Position numbers and translations under genes: made by a program. 64,000 nt of DNA, taken from positions 30,986 to 94,985 of the forward strand of contig JALOBE010000005.1 of the NCBI GenBank assembly GCA_023228425.1, in the 5' to 3' direction. This document shows, one piece after another, positions 46,675 to 57,167 of this stretch; the stretch's first letter is position 1, and every line of letters starts with the position of its first letter. Under the pieces are notes generated by a model. The model was not told where the DNA came from. It made no database searches and saw only the letters and a list, made by a program, of their open reading frames with translations. The stretch is from Syntrophales bacterium. GTDB lineage: Bacteria; Desulfobacterota; Syntrophia; Syntrophales; UBA2210.

Positions 46675-48555
46675 TCAGACCTTGTCTCTGAAGGTCATTT
46701 TCAATTCACTGACACCCGCGATAGTTCTTTTGTCAATATCGAACCCTCCTTTTTCAAAAACATGCAACATGGGAAGGTTGTCTGAAAAAACCTCCGCGGT
46801 GAACCCGATAAGTCCCTGGCGCTTGGCCAGGTAGGTCAGATACGAGAGCAACTCCGTGCCGATGCCCTTGTTTTGATAGTTATCTCCGACGGTAAAGGCG
46901 ACCTCCGCTGTGTGTGTATCAGGATCAATAAAAAATCGACCGACACCGACAATCACTTCTCTGCCCGGTTCTCCGAGAACGGCAAGTATTGCCGCTTCCC
47001 TGGAATAATCAATCACGACAAATTCCTGGAGCTGTTCATGAGGTATATTAGTCCGGACAGTCATGAATCTCCGGCTGAGGCTGTTTTCCGACAGGGAATA
47101 AATAAAGTCCTTGAGCAGGTCTTCGTCACTGATTTTTATTGGCCTGAAACGGACTTCAAGACCTGACTTCGTCGTCCTGCGCGTTTCAAGTTCTGCGGGA
47201 TAGATGCCCTTTTCTCCAGGAATGAATGCCTGGTCTCTGTAAATCAAGCCGGCTTTTTTGGCTTCGGAAACGAGCCACGGCCTGAACTTCGGATGGGCGA
47301 TGGCGATGAGGTCCATTGCCCGTTCCCGAATGCTTTTCCCGTGGAGGTAGGCTATTCCGTACTCAGTGACAACATAATGGACATCTCCCCGTATGAGGGT
47401 GGCGCTGGCTCCTTCTCCCAGAAACGGTACAATCCGTGACAGTGTTTCTTGCCTTGCCGTGGATTTGAGGGTCAGGATGGTTTTCCCTCTTTTTGACAGA
47501 GGAATTCCCCTCATGAAATCCGCCTGCCCCCCCACACCGCTGTGGGATGTCTTGCCGATGGATTCAGCCGTTGCCTGGCCGGTAAGATCAATCTCCAGCG
47601 CGCTGTTGATAGCCGCCATGTTGCTGTGTTGGGAGATGATGAGGGGATTGTTGGTGTAGTCGATAGGACGGAACTCAATGGACGGGTTATCATGAAGATA
47701 CCGATAGGTGTCACGCTTGCCCATACAGAATGTCGCAACGGTTTTGCCCCTGTCTATGCTTTTGCGCGAATTGTCGATAACATTGCGTTTCATAAGTTCC
47801 ACGATTCCATCACTGATAAGCTCCGTATGAACGCCCAGATGTTTTTTCTCTAAAAGATTGGCGAGGATGGCGTTGGGAATGCTTCCGTAGCCCACCTGGA
47901 TCGTATCACCGTCCTCAATGAGACGTGCTACGTTTCTCCCGATTCTCTGAGCGATCTCGCTGTCGGCCTGAGGCACATACTCGAGCAGTTCCTCGTCGTA
48001 GGCTACGGCGAAATCAATGTCATCGATGTGAATAAACGTGTCACCGTGTATTCGAGGCATATGGGAATTAATCTGTGCGATTACAACGGGCGCGTTCCTT
48101 ACGGCGGACATTACAATGTCCACGCTTATTCCGAGACTCATGAAGCCGTGTATATCCGGCGGGGACGTCTGTATAAGGGCGACATCAATCTTGACAAGTC
48201 CCTCGCTCATGAGTTGGGGGACCTGGAAGAGAAAAATGGGGGTATAGTCCGCCAGTCCCGTATTGACGGCAGTACGTGTACTCTCGCCGATAAAGAAGGA
48301 ATTGTGGCGGAAGTTTTGCTTGTATTTTTCCTGCGCGTAGGGGGCGACACCCAGCGTTCTTACGTGGATCACTTCCGCGTCGACAAAAGCCTTGGGCTTC
48401 GAGTCGACATAACTGATCAGGCTCTGGACAAGATACTGAGGCTCGGCACAGGCGGAGCCTATGAAAATGGTGTTACCTCTGTGAATATGGCTGAAAATTT
48501 TATCAATACTGTCAAATTTTTCAGGGCACGTATTACACCAATGGTCCAATGGCAT
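46675..48555 (-). CDS. Acetyl-CoA hydrolase/transferase family protein fused to a C-terminal GNAT domain
   Basis: N-terminal ~430 aa is CoA-transferase-like (GSIPNAILANL, GVGGQADF). The C terminus has GNAT motif A (QNKGIGTELLSYL). Confidence 0.8.
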   Translation of the reverse strand: MPLDHWCNTCPEKFDSIDKIFSHIHRGNTIFIGSACAEPQYLVQSLISYVDSKPKAFVDAEVIHVRTLGVAPYAQEKYKQNFRHNSFFIGESTRTAVNTGLADYTPIFLFQVPQLMSEGLVKIDVALIQTSPPDIHGFMSLGISVDIVMSAVRNAPVVIAQINSHMPRIHGDTFIHIDDIDFAVAYDEELLEYVPQADSEIAQRIGRNVARLIEDGDTIQVGYGSIPNAILANLLEKKHLGVHTELISDGIVELMKRNVIDNSRKSIDRGKTVATFCMGKRDTYRYLHDNPSIEFRPIDYTNNPLIISQHSNMAAINSALEIDLTGQATAESIGKTSHSGVGGQADFMRGIPLSKRGKTILTLKSTARQETLSRIVPFLGEGASATLIRGDVHYVVTEYGIAYLHGKSIRERAMDLIAIAHPKFRPWLVSEAKKAGLIYRDQAFIPGEKGIYPAELETRRTTKSGLEVRFRPIKISDEDLLKDFIYSLSENSLSRRFMTVRTNIPHEQLQEFVVIDYSREAAILAVLGEPGREVIVGVGRFFIDPDTHTAEVAFTVGDNYQNKGIGTELLSYLTYLAKRQGLIGFTAEVFSDNLPMLHVFEKGGFDIDKRTIAGVSELKMTFRDKV

Positions 48556-49030
48556 GTCGAAATTTCCTTTTCAGAAACCTTGCTGGTACATATGTCCGAC
48601 CCTTCTTCAGGCATCCATGAGGGTACTGAAGAATGTAACTTTCCATATCTTCATTATCTTACACACTTTTTAAAGTCCGTCAATTGTTAGTTTTTCAGGC
48701 ATTTTTTCTTGACAAAAGTTTCCTGACAGGTCTCAAGTACGAACATGTGATCGCTGATGTTGCCGGGATGTAACGAGCGGGAATCACCATGTTTCACATC
48801 ACCACCCAGCCGACCTTCACACTCGTGCTCTTGACGTAACGGTATCGACCCTTCTGGAGGAAGAGAGCTCAGTCATTCCCATATCGTTAGTTAAAAAACC
48901 AGCGTCAACTGATTGTTCGGGACGGAGCACGTTTCGGCTATTCCTATGAAGCCGTGGCCCACAAATTCTCGGATAAGGTGATGGAGCCTTTCGTTATCAC
49001 TCTTCCCCGAAAGGCCAAGCGACGAACCCT

Positions 49031-49063
49031 ATTGCTCCTCGAAATGACAAAATGAAAGGTCTC
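49031..49063. repeat. Family 2 repeat, right-end fragment
   Basis: GCTCCTCGAAATGACAAAATGAAAGGTCTC. Confidence 0.5.
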
Positions 49064-49070
49064 CCTTTAA

Positions 49071-49210
49071 GAGTCGTGCAAGCAAGGCGCATACGCCTTG
49101 AGGAATGAGGCGTACATTTGAGTGCGCCTCAGGCACGAAGGATGCTTGCAACGCAACATCCGGTTAGAGAGCCGGAGGTCATGCCTCCGGTACCATTTTA
49201 CGAAGCCGTC
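49071..49210. repeat. MITE-like repeat, family 1 (reverse orientation, left end missing)
   Basis: GGCGCATACGCCTTGAGGAATGAGGCGTAC...GCCGGAGGTCATGCCTCCGGTACCATTTTACGAAGCCGTC. Confidence 0.7.
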
Positions 49211-49522
49211 AAATAGTACTCTACGGTGGATCGTGCCCGAATGATAGTTTCGATCCACGCCATAGAGCGTTTTTATGTCAGAAAAAAGCTCTGTAGTCAA
49301 GTCATGCCGAATGGCACAGTTGATAAAAAATAGCTTGTGAATACAGGTACAATAATGCATAGTACACAGATATTCGGGGGGTTGAGATTTCAACTCAAAA
49401 CGGACGCCCCCACCGGGAATGGTCCGGCGATTCGTGCCCCTTCGTCTGGAACAAGGAACGACATCGGGTAGCCGCGCCGCCCGACTTTTCGTTGGATTCA
49501 AACACCGAATCGGGAAAGGAGA

Positions 49523-50980
49523 ATGAAGATGAACAATGGAACGAAGAAACTGACAACAGCTTCCGGGGCGCCCGTCGCGGACAATCAAAATGTGATGACC
49601 GCCGGTCCCCGGGGGCCGCAGCTGCTTCAGGATGTCTGGTTTCTGGAGAAACTGGCCCACTTCGATCGCGAGGTCATACCCGAGCGACGTATGCACGCAA
49701 AGGGGTCGGGCGCCTACGGCGTCTTCACGGTAACCCACGACATTACCCGCTACACCAAGGCCAGGATAATGTCGGAGGTCGGCAAGAAAACCGAGCTCTT
49801 TCTGCGTTTTTCGACAGTGGCCGGCGAGCGTGGAGCAGCTGACGCCGAACGTGACATTCGCGGCACAGCCATCAAGTTTTATACCGAAGAAGGCAACTGG
49901 GATTTGGTCGGCAACAATACACCGGTCTTTTTTTTGCGCGATCCGTTGCGCTTCCCCGGCCTTAACCGCGCGGTGAAGCGTGATCCGCGTACCAACCTGC
50001 GCAGCGCCAGGAACAACTGGGATTTCTGGACCTCGCTTCCTGAAGCCTTGCACCAGATCACCATTACCATGAGCGATCGCGGCATACCGTTGAGCTACCG
50101 CCACATGCACATGTTCGGCAGCCATACCTTCAGCATGATAAATGCGCAAAACGAACGTTTCTGGGTTAAATTCCACTTCCGCACCCGGCAGGGTATAAAA
50201 AACCTGACCGATGCCGAGGCTGAGGCAGTGATCGGCACGTGCCGCGAGAGTCATCAGCGCGACCTCTATGAAGCGATCGAGGACAAGGATTTTCCGAGCT
50301 GGACGATGTTTATTCAGGTGATGCCCGAGAAAGATGCGGCCGGGATGCCATACAACCCGTTCGACCTGACCAAGGTCTGGTACCACAAGGATTACCCGCT
50401 TATCGAGGTCGGTACTCTCGAACTGAACAGGAACCCCGAAAACTACTTTGCCGAGGTTGAACAGTCGGCCTTCAACCCCGCTAATATTGTGCCCGGCATC
50501 GGTTTCTCACCGGACAAGATGTTGCAGGGAAGGCTCTTCTCCTATGGCGATGCCCAGCGCTACCGTCTCGGCGTCAACCATCACCAGATTCCTGTCAATG
50601 CGCCGCGCTGCACAACGAACATCTACCATCGTGACGGTTCCATGCGCGTCGACGGCAACCAGGGAAGTAGATTGGGGTATGACCCGAACAGCTATGGCGA
50701 ATGGCAAGACCAGCCCGAATTCCGGGAACCGCCTCTGGCACTGGATGGAGCCGCGGACCACTATCCCCAGGACGACGATTATTATACGCAGCCGGGCAAG
50801 CTCTTCCGCCTGATGAATGCCGGGCAGCAACAGGCGCTTTTCGATAATACGGCCCGGGCCATGGGCGATGCGCCCACGGAGATCAAGATCCGCCATATTG
50901 GTAACTGCCTCAAAGCTGACCCTGCCTATGGCGAAGGTGTAGCCGACGCGTTGGGCATCGCGATGAGCGAAACGAAATGA
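49523..50980 (+). CDS. Monofunctional haem catalase (small-subunit type)
   Basis: [37 protein letters not shown] and the rest of the catalase core. The 439-aa antisense ORF 49067..50386 is a shadow. Confidence 0.95.
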   Translation: MKMNNGTKKLTTASGAPVADNQNVMTAGPRGPQLLQDVWFLEKLAHFDREVIPERRMHAKGSGAYGVFTVTHDITRYTKARIMSEVGKKTELFLRFSTVAGERGAADAERDIRGTAIKFYTEEGNWDLVGNNTPVFFLRDPLRFPGLNRAVKRDPRTNLRSARNNWDFWTSLPEALHQITITMSDRGIPLSYRHMHMFGSHTFSMINAQNERFWVKFHFRTRQGIKNLTDAEAEAVIGTCRESHQRDLYEAIEDKDFPSWTMFIQVMPEKDAAGMPYNPFDLTKVWYHKDYPLIEVGTLELNRNPENYFAEVEQSAFNPANIVPGIGFSPDKMLQGRLFSYGDAQRYRLGVNHHQIPVNAPRCTTNIYHRDGSMRVDGNQGSRLGYDPNSYGEWQDQPEFREPPLALDGAADHYPQDDDYYTQPGKLFRLMNAGQQQALFDNTARAMGDAPTEIKIRHIGNCLKADPAYGEGVADALGIAMSETK

Positions 50981-51107
50981 TACCGTGATGTGATCACGAC
51001 GACGTCTTCGTACAAAGCGTCACAGCCCGCCTCCGGCGGGCCTGTATCACAAAACTAACGTGCTATAAGCGCGGGCATCGTTGAGTAGGAAAGTGTCCGA
51101 TAGAGAA

Positions 51108-51222
51108 GGGTGTTACAAAAAGTCCTCGAGGCACGGCGCGCGCATTCTGATCACTGAGGCGTATCGTGGGGTACGTCTCAGTGACCAGGAGGAACAACGG
51201 CCGCGGTAAAACACGAACATGA
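51108..51222. repeat. MITE-like repeat, family 1 (reverse orientation, degenerate)
   Basis: GTTACAAAAAGTCCTCGAGGCACGGCGCGCGCATTCTGATCACTGAGGCGTATCGTGGGGTACGTCTCAGTGACCAGGAGG aligns with the reverse complement of the 57-kb copy. Confidence 0.55.
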
Positions 51223-51244
51223 GAGAAACGTACGTGGCGCATAC

Positions 51245-51676
51245 TTACGTCAGGAACCATCCATCCTCGTCCGATGTTTCCTTTGGAACATGAGGAAGTC
51301 CAAGCACCATGTGCATCTTCTCAAGCAGATTGTTGACGTTGATCGGTTTGGCAATAAACATTCTGTTGCCCAGCATCCCATCACTGTCTTTAATCTCTGA
51401 ATCCTTCACAATCGCGGTAACGAAGATAATGGGAATCGAGGCTGTCCGGGGGTTTTCCAGCAGTTCCTCAGCAACTACAGAGCCGGACATACCAGGCATC
51501 ATAATATCGAGGAGAATAACATCCGGGTTTTCTTTTTTTGCCAGACTAACTGCCTTTCTGCCGTCGGTGGCGGTCATTACCTTGAAATTAGTCATCGCCT
51601 TGATCGCCTGCTTCGTAAGAGAGCAAAAATCTTCTTCATCATCGACTACGAGAACCTTCCTCACTTTTTCCGACAT
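51245..51676 (-). CDS. Single-domain response regulator (CheY-like)
   Basis: VLVVDDEED, DVILLDIMMPGMSG, FVTA and IAKP motifs. Confidence 0.9.
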   Translation of the reverse strand: MSEKVRKVLVVDDEEDFCSLTKQAIKAMTNFKVMTATDGRKAVSLAKKENPDVILLDIMMPGMSGSVVAEELLENPRTASIPIIFVTAIVKDSEIKDSDGMLGNRMFIAKPINVNNLLEKMHMVLGLPHVPKETSDEDGWFLT

Positions 51677-51720
51677 GGTACACCTCCATCACATCAGGTA
51701 GCATCCCTGGTAATTGCCTC

Positions 51721-52122
51721 TTATCGATAACGATCGATGACAGATCGTATGAGAGTCTCGATTTTTTCAAGATTGAAGGGCTTGGCAATGTACGCATCGG
51801 CGCCTGCTTCAAGAGCCTCCTCCGCGACCGTTTCATTAATAAGGGCGGTCATGATGACGACTGCCGTCCGGGGATGAGAGCTTTTTATCCGTGTCAGGAC
51901 CTCCATTCCGTGTATCCCCGGCATAAGGAGATCGAGCAGGACTACGTCAGGATTAAGGGTTTCGACCTTTCGCAGTGCCTCTGATCCGTCAACCGCAGCA
52001 TATACTCTGTAGCCCCTGGAAACAAAATATTCAGACAGATACCCTACCATTTCCTTTTCATCATCGACAATGAGAATTTTGCTCCGATCCTTTGAATTAA
52101 TCATCCGGCTGTGATGCGGCAT
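51721..52122 (-). CDS. Single-domain response regulator (CheY-like)
   Basis: ILIVDDEKE, DVVLLDLLMPGIHG, IMTA and IAKPF motifs. Overlaps the kinase gene by 26 nt. Confidence 0.9.
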   Translation of the reverse strand: MPHHSRMINSKDRSKILIVDDEKEMVGYLSEYFVSRGYRVYAAVDGSEALRKVETLNPDVVLLDLLMPGIHGMEVLTRIKSSHPRTAVVIMTALINETVAEEALEAGADAYIAKPFNLEKIETLIRSVIDRYR

Positions 52123-55100
52123 GGGTATTTCCTTTTACAGGCAGTTGTATGATAAAAGTGCTTCCTCCCCACTCATTGTTTTCAGCCCAGATGCTGCCGT
52201 TGTGCTGTTGAATGATTGCATGAGATATCGACAAGCCAAGACCCATCCCTTTACCCTGGCTTCGCGTGGTATAAAAGGGCTCGAAAATCTTGCGAATATT
52301 TTTTTTCTCAATGCCTGTTCCTGTATCAGAGACAACGATTCTCAGAAAAGTACCCTTGCTTGTCTCCTGATATTTTTTTGTTTCTATCGTCAGCAGCTTA
52401 TGGTCCACTTTTTCCATGGCAGCCATCGCGTTCGAAAAAAGATTTATCAATACCTGCTCGATCCTCTTCCTGTTCAGAGGAATTGCCGGCAGCGATGGAT
52501 CCAGCAGGACGTCAGTCATGACTCCCTCTATCTTCATCTGAGTCCCATATACCGTGATAACCCGGGAAATCACGTCGTTGATATCTTCAGGGATCATATC
52601 GTGCTGGGTTTCGGGCCGCGAAAGCTCCTTCAGATTATCGGTGATCGCGACAATTCTGTCGATCTGGTTCATGCAGACGTTGAGTTTGTCGGAGACATGC
52701 GGGGGGATGTTTTTCATGTGTCCCACGATCTGCAGGGCCACGGACATGATGCCCACGGGGTTTAGTATTTCATGGGCAACACCCGCCGATATGCGGGTTA
52801 AGGAGGTCAATTTCTCTGATTGCTGCAGCTGGGTTTCGAGGTTTATGCGCTCTGTTTCATCCCGGAAACATTCAATGGCCCCGATAACGGTCCCCTCCGC
52901 GTCTCGAAGCGCCGATGCCGTGGCCGTCAAATACAGACCCTGTTTCGATAGGGCGGGTGTGAGGGCTTCCCCGTAAAGAGTATCTCCCTGCCATCCGATA
53001 CGGGAATGGTCTGTGTGCCCCTCGAGCTCGGGGTGGAGGACTATGTCGATCAGCATGGGCCTCCTGTCTCCGTAAAAAGGAAGAGCGTATTCAGAGTCGT
53101 TCTTGCCGAGCATATCTTCTTTTGCGGTGCCGGTTAGTGCCTCAATTGCACGGTTCCACGCAATGATCCTTCCTTCATTATCGATAACCATAGTAGGGTC
53201 GGGCAGAAACTCGATGATACTTGACAAGGTGTCCTGCGACCGTCCAAGTTCTTTCCAGGCTTGCTCCCGTTCCGCGACCGCCTGTTTACGGGCGGTTATA
53301 TCTTCATAGAGAACCTGGAACTGTCCCTTCCCGTTCCACAGAACGGGTTTTCGCCAGACCTGCAAGTGACGGGTTGTCCCATTTTCCCCCATGATTTCGA
53401 TTTCGTATTCCTCTCGTCCGGCTATGCCGGAGCGTCGTTTTTCTCTACGAACCTCGCGCTCCTCGAGGCTTTTCATAGTATAGAGAGGAGCCGGAGAAAC
53501 CTCTTCGCTGCTGCTGTCGTATCCAAATATATCCAGGAAGGCACGATTTACATACAGCGTATCTCCCTCGTTCGAGACTATGCGCACACCGAAAGGAGAA
53601 TCTTCAAGCGACTGTCGGAAGTTATGCTCGCTTCTTTTCAGGACTTCCTGGGCATTCTTGCTTTCAACGATAGATTCGATGTTTCCCAGAAAGGAGACAA
53701 CGAGGTTGGCGTCCTGATCATCGTAATCTGCTGCTTTGTTGGCGACAGCCACGATGGCGGTGATCTTCCCCCTGGAGAGTCCGGGAACGATCATCAGGTT
53801 TCGCAGAACGACATGACCTTCAGGGAACCCTCCCCGCAGATGCCCGACGGCGGTTAAGTCGTTTACTATCAGAGGTCTGCGGGTGCGGATAGCCTCGGCC
53901 CAGAGGCCTGCTCCCGCAACAGGAAAGGTGGTGGGCTCGTTGATTACAAAGCAGCTTCTCCTTGCCTTTTCGGAGAAGGAATGAACGGTCATGACCGACT
54001 CATCCGTATTCAAATAGCCGAAAAATGCCAGGGGGCTTTCCGTCAGATCCGTTATCGACATAATAATCTGATCTGCGACGCCTGCCATATCGTCCGCGGG
54101 AAGAAGCGTAACATTCCAGAGTGCCTCGAGTCTTTTGACGGCAATACGTAAGATTTCCTGGGATTCTCTTTTTTCCGTTATATCCCCCGCGAATCCGTGC
54201 CAGAGCGTGCCGCCGTCCGGTACGTGCTCGGGCGTAGCCTTTCCCATGATCCATCTGATCCCTCCGCCGGGAATCCGGACACGAAATTCGCATCCCCAGT
54301 CACGCATGTCCTTCGCTGACGATTCAATCGATTTCAGTAACATATCTCGGTCTTCAGGTACGACAACATCCATGATGGGTGCGAAACTCTCGCGCACATC
54401 ATCGGGAGTACAGTGAAAAATATTCCTGATGCTTTCAGTGGCAAAGGGGATACGGTAGGTTCCATCAGGATTCCGCATGAACTGGTAGATGATTCCCGGT
54501 GTATTGGCAGCCAGCTTATTGAGCCGGATGAGGCGTTCTCTGGTAATCGCTTCGAGTTTCTTGCGTTCTGAAATGTCCCGTACGATCATACAGGCTCTGT
54601 GCCGACCTCGTCTGTCGGTGAATGGTTTCGACGACACTTCCGCGGGGAACGTCTCACCCGTGGCCCGTACAAGCGTCACCTCCGCATTCGCGACCAGGCC
54701 GTTTCTTTCCTGTTCTTCCAGCACCGCCGCCAGGCGGGGATCGGAATCATCCACCATTTTGTTTCGACCAATCGTACGGATCTCATCAATCGACCTGCCA
54801 AACAGAGCGCAGGCCGCCGGGTTGGCTTCGAGGACCTGGCCGGCAGGAGAGACTGACAGGATGGCGTCGTGAGACTCTTCAAAAAGAGTGCGATACTTTT
54901 CTTCACTTTCCCGGAGTGCTTCATGTGCGAGGTGCAGATCGGTTACTTCACGGGCGAATATGGCAACACCGGTCACCCTGTCCTCGTCGTCGAAGACGGG
55001 GTAGCAGCGCTGGTCGAAGGTCCTTCCTTCTCGGGTATCTTCAAAAAAAACCGGTTTACCCGTGGCAATCACTTTGTCGTATTGATACTTTCTGCGTGTG

Positions 55101-55750
55101 GCTGTTTCTCTCGGGAAATGGTCATATAAACAGGTTCCCTGAAATTCCTGAAGTTCCTTTCCTAATCTCCGGGATGCCGACGTATTTGACAATAAGACGA
55201 TACCTTCCGGATTGATCAACACCATGCTTTCCTGGACGGCATCAAAAAATGCGCTTATTGTCCTGTCTTTTTTGCGAGATTCCTCTTCCGCCCACTTTCG
55301 TCCGGTAGTATCCCTGGTAACTCCGTGAATCTCGGCCAGCGCTCCTTGATCATTGCGGATCCCACTGATAAGGGTTTCTCCCCAGCGGGTCGAACCATCT
55401 TTGTGATAATACTCGGATTCAATAGTTACGGTCCTGTCCGGGTCCGCAATAGCCTGCTTTTCGAGGGCGAGTTCCCGTGCCAGAGTATCATACACAAGTG
55501 ACAGTGACGCCGGCGTCAACTGGTCGGCAATACTCTGAAGCCCCCATTCTTCAGGGGTGAATCCAAGCATCTTTTCAATTGAAGGGCTGACATAGATAAC
55601 GCGCAGATCCAAATCCCGAATCCACACGACATCCGTCATTTCCTCGGCAAGGAGTCTGTATCGTGCCGCCCTTTCGCGCAGTGCTTCCTGCTCTTCCAAG
55701 AGAGAGAGCTCTTTGCTCGGATCTTGAGTGGTCTTCGACCGGTCGGCCAT
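52097..55750 (-). CDS. Multi-PAS/GAF sensor histidine kinase (1217 aa)
   Basis: Repeated PAS-like modules. H-box GVAHEILNPV. HATPase_c (NLFSNAMAA, DTGTGI, GMGLGLS). Confidence 0.9.
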   Translation of the reverse strand: MADRSKTTQDPSKELSLLEEQEALRERAARYRLLAEEMTDVVWIRDLDLRVIYVSPSIEKMLGFTPEEWGLQSIADQLTPASLSLVYDTLARELALEKQAIADPDRTVTIESEYYHKDGSTRWGETLISGIRNDQGALAEIHGVTRDTTGRKWAEEESRKKDRTISAFFDAVQESMVLINPEGIVLLSNTSASRRLGKELQEFQGTCLYDHFPRETATRRKYQYDKVIATGKPVFFEDTREGRTFDQRCYPVFDDEDRVTGVAIFAREVTDLHLAHEALRESEEKYRTLFEESHDAILSVSPAGQVLEANPAACALFGRSIDEIRTIGRNKMVDDSDPRLAAVLEEQERNGLVANAEVTLVRATGETFPAEVSSKPFTDRRGRHRACMIVRDISERKKLEAITRERLIRLNKLAANTPGIIYQFMRNPDGTYRIPFATESIRNIFHCTPDDVRESFAPIMDVVVPEDRDMLLKSIESSAKDMRDWGCEFRVRIPGGGIRWIMGKATPEHVPDGGTLWHGFAGDITEKRESQEILRIAVKRLEALWNVTLLPADDMAGVADQIIMSITDLTESPLAFFGYLNTDESVMTVHSFSEKARRSCFVINEPTTFPVAGAGLWAEAIRTRRPLIVNDLTAVGHLRGGFPEGHVVLRNLMIVPGLSRGKITAIVAVANKAADYDDQDANLVVSFLGNIESIVESKNAQEVLKRSEHNFRQSLEDSPFGVRIVSNEGDTLYVNRAFLDIFGYDSSSEEVSPAPLYTMKSLEEREVRREKRRSGIAGREEYEIEIMGENGTTRHLQVWRKPVLWNGKGQFQVLYEDITARKQAVAEREQAWKELGRSQDTLSSIIEFLPDPTMVIDNEGRIIAWNRAIEALTGTAKEDMLGKNDSEYALPFYGDRRPMLIDIVLHPELEGHTDHSRIGWQGDTLYGEALTPALSKQGLYLTATASALRDAEGTVIGAIECFRDETERINLETQLQQSEKLTSLTRISAGVAHEILNPVGIMSVALQIVGHMKNIPPHVSDKLNVCMNQIDRIVAITDNLKELSRPETQHDMIPEDINDVISRVITVYGTQMKIEGVMTDVLLDPSLPAIPLNRKRIEQVLINLFSNAMAAMEKVDHKLLTIETKKYQETSKGTFLRIVVSDTGTGIEKKNIRKIFEPFYTTRSQGKGMGLGLSISHAIIQQHNGSIWAENNEWGGSTFIIQLPVKGNTHAASQPDD

Positions 55751-56039
55751 GAATCCTCCCTATAGACCGTCGCAGCATATAGAACTGAAACATGGTAACA
55801 GTGGTGGGAACGACGAATAATCTTAAGTTTAATCGAATTTTATGGAAATGTCAAAAAAAAGAAAGGGAATCAGCGAGAGGGTGAGGTTTTTCCTCCGTTG
55901 CCTGTCGTTCTTCACCCATAGCCTGCGGTGGAACGCGACTTTCATTGTAGGGTATGAAGTCGGAAAAGGGGAGGATGGCGGCTTGTATTATCGCTACGCC
56001 GGCACATTTTCCCCTTATCGATGCCTTGGCAATCACCAG

Positions 56040-56942
56040 CTAGACAATACCGGCGGATACACCGTATTCCATTTCCAGCCTCTTGCATATGCCGGTGATT
56101 TCTTCCCTCCGGTAAATCTTTCGCGAGCCGGGGAAATATACCCTGTCCAATGCCTTGTACTTTCCCACGCCAAGGTTATGGTAGGGTAGCACATCGACAT
56201 GTTCGACGCCCAGTCGCAGAAGAAACATTCCCGCCCGCTCAATGTCGGAATCAGCATCATTGATGCCGGGAATGAACGGTAGCCGAATCAGGACTTTTTT
56301 GCCCAAAGCGAGCGTTTTTTCCAGATTGCTGATGATCAGCGCATTGGAAACACCGGTCAGGCGCTCGTGCTTAGACGGGTCGATGCATTTTATATCCCAA
56401 TACAGAAGGTCGATGTAAGGGAGGACTGATCGCACCTTTTCCCAAGCGGCGTATCCGGAGGTGTCGAGAACGCAGTGAATGCCCTTTTCTTTCAGTTTCC
56501 TTGAAATTATGCGGATGAATTCCGCCTGCATAAGCGGTTCTCCTCCGGAAAAGGTGACCCCTCCGCCTGAATTGCGATAAAAAAGACTGTCTTTTGTGGA
56601 AGCAGCGACTATTTCTTCTGCCGACATCGATCTCCCGGACATTATCCTTGCGCCGGAGGGACAAGCGTCGGCACATATCCCGCAGGCCCTGCAGGCCGCC
56701 CTGTCCAGAAAGACCGTTTTGTCCTTCTTAATCGTATTGGCTCCGTTTGGACAGGCTTCTATGCAACTGTAACAGGAAAGACACAGGTTTCTATAATACA
56801 GGAGTTGTACTTTCTCGCTTTGGGATTCGGGATTGCTGCACCAGGAGCATTTAAGCGGACATCCCTTGAAAAAAACAGTTGTTCGGATACCGGGCCCGTC
56901 ATTCAGAGAAAAGTTTTGAACATCAAACACCATGCCATCCAC
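56040..56942 (-). CDS. Glycyl-radical enzyme activating enzyme (radical SAM)
   Basis: GPGIRTTVFFKGCPLKCSWCSNPE (CX3CX2C) plus two ferredoxin-like motifs (CLSCYSCIEACP, CRACGICADACP). Confidence 0.9.
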   Translation of the reverse strand: MDGMVFDVQNFSLNDGPGIRTTVFFKGCPLKCSWCSNPESQSEKVQLLYYRNLCLSCYSCIEACPNGANTIKKDKTVFLDRAACRACGICADACPSGARIMSGRSMSAEEIVAASTKDSLFYRNSGGGVTFSGGEPLMQAEFIRIISRKLKEKGIHCVLDTSGYAAWEKVRSVLPYIDLLYWDIKCIDPSKHERLTGVSNALIISNLEKTLALGKKVLIRLPFIPGINDADSDIERAGMFLLRLGVEHVDVLPYHNLGVGKYKALDRVYFPGSRKIYRREEITGICKRLEMEYGVSAGIV

Positions 56943-56994
56943 AGTTGATTTCGCCTTAGCAGGAAGTGATCGTCAATTCTGAAAGCTCGGCATT

Positions 56995-57148
56995 GACGTC
57001 CTCGTAAAAAGGTACCGGGGGCATGCCTCCGGTACTGTAGCCGGATGCCTGATTGCGCTCCGGCCTTCGTCACTGCGGCGTACCTCACAGTACGCCTCAT
57101 TCCTCAAGACGTGCGCGCCGTGTCTCAAGGAGCTTTTTAAAAGCCGTC
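56995..57148. repeat. MITE-like repeat, family 1 (reference copy, 154 bp)
   Basis: GACGTCCTCGTAAAAAGGTACC...GGCGTACCTCACAGTACGCC...CTTTTTAAAAGCCGTC. Lies between the activase and the GRE gene. Confidence 0.75.
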
Positions 57149-57167
57149 CTCTATCGGGCATCGATTT

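Noticed and set aside
49219-49275. Imperfect long hairpin (CTCTACGGTGGATCG...CGATCCACGCCATAGAG) followed by CGTTTTTA upstream of catalase
   Set aside because: It looks like an orphan terminator, but no intact upstream + gene exists. The arms are interrupted by bulges, so I did not call it as a feature.
49067-50386. 439-aa minus-strand ORF overlapping catalase
   Set aside because: Antisense to a clear catalase gene; a GC-driven open frame.
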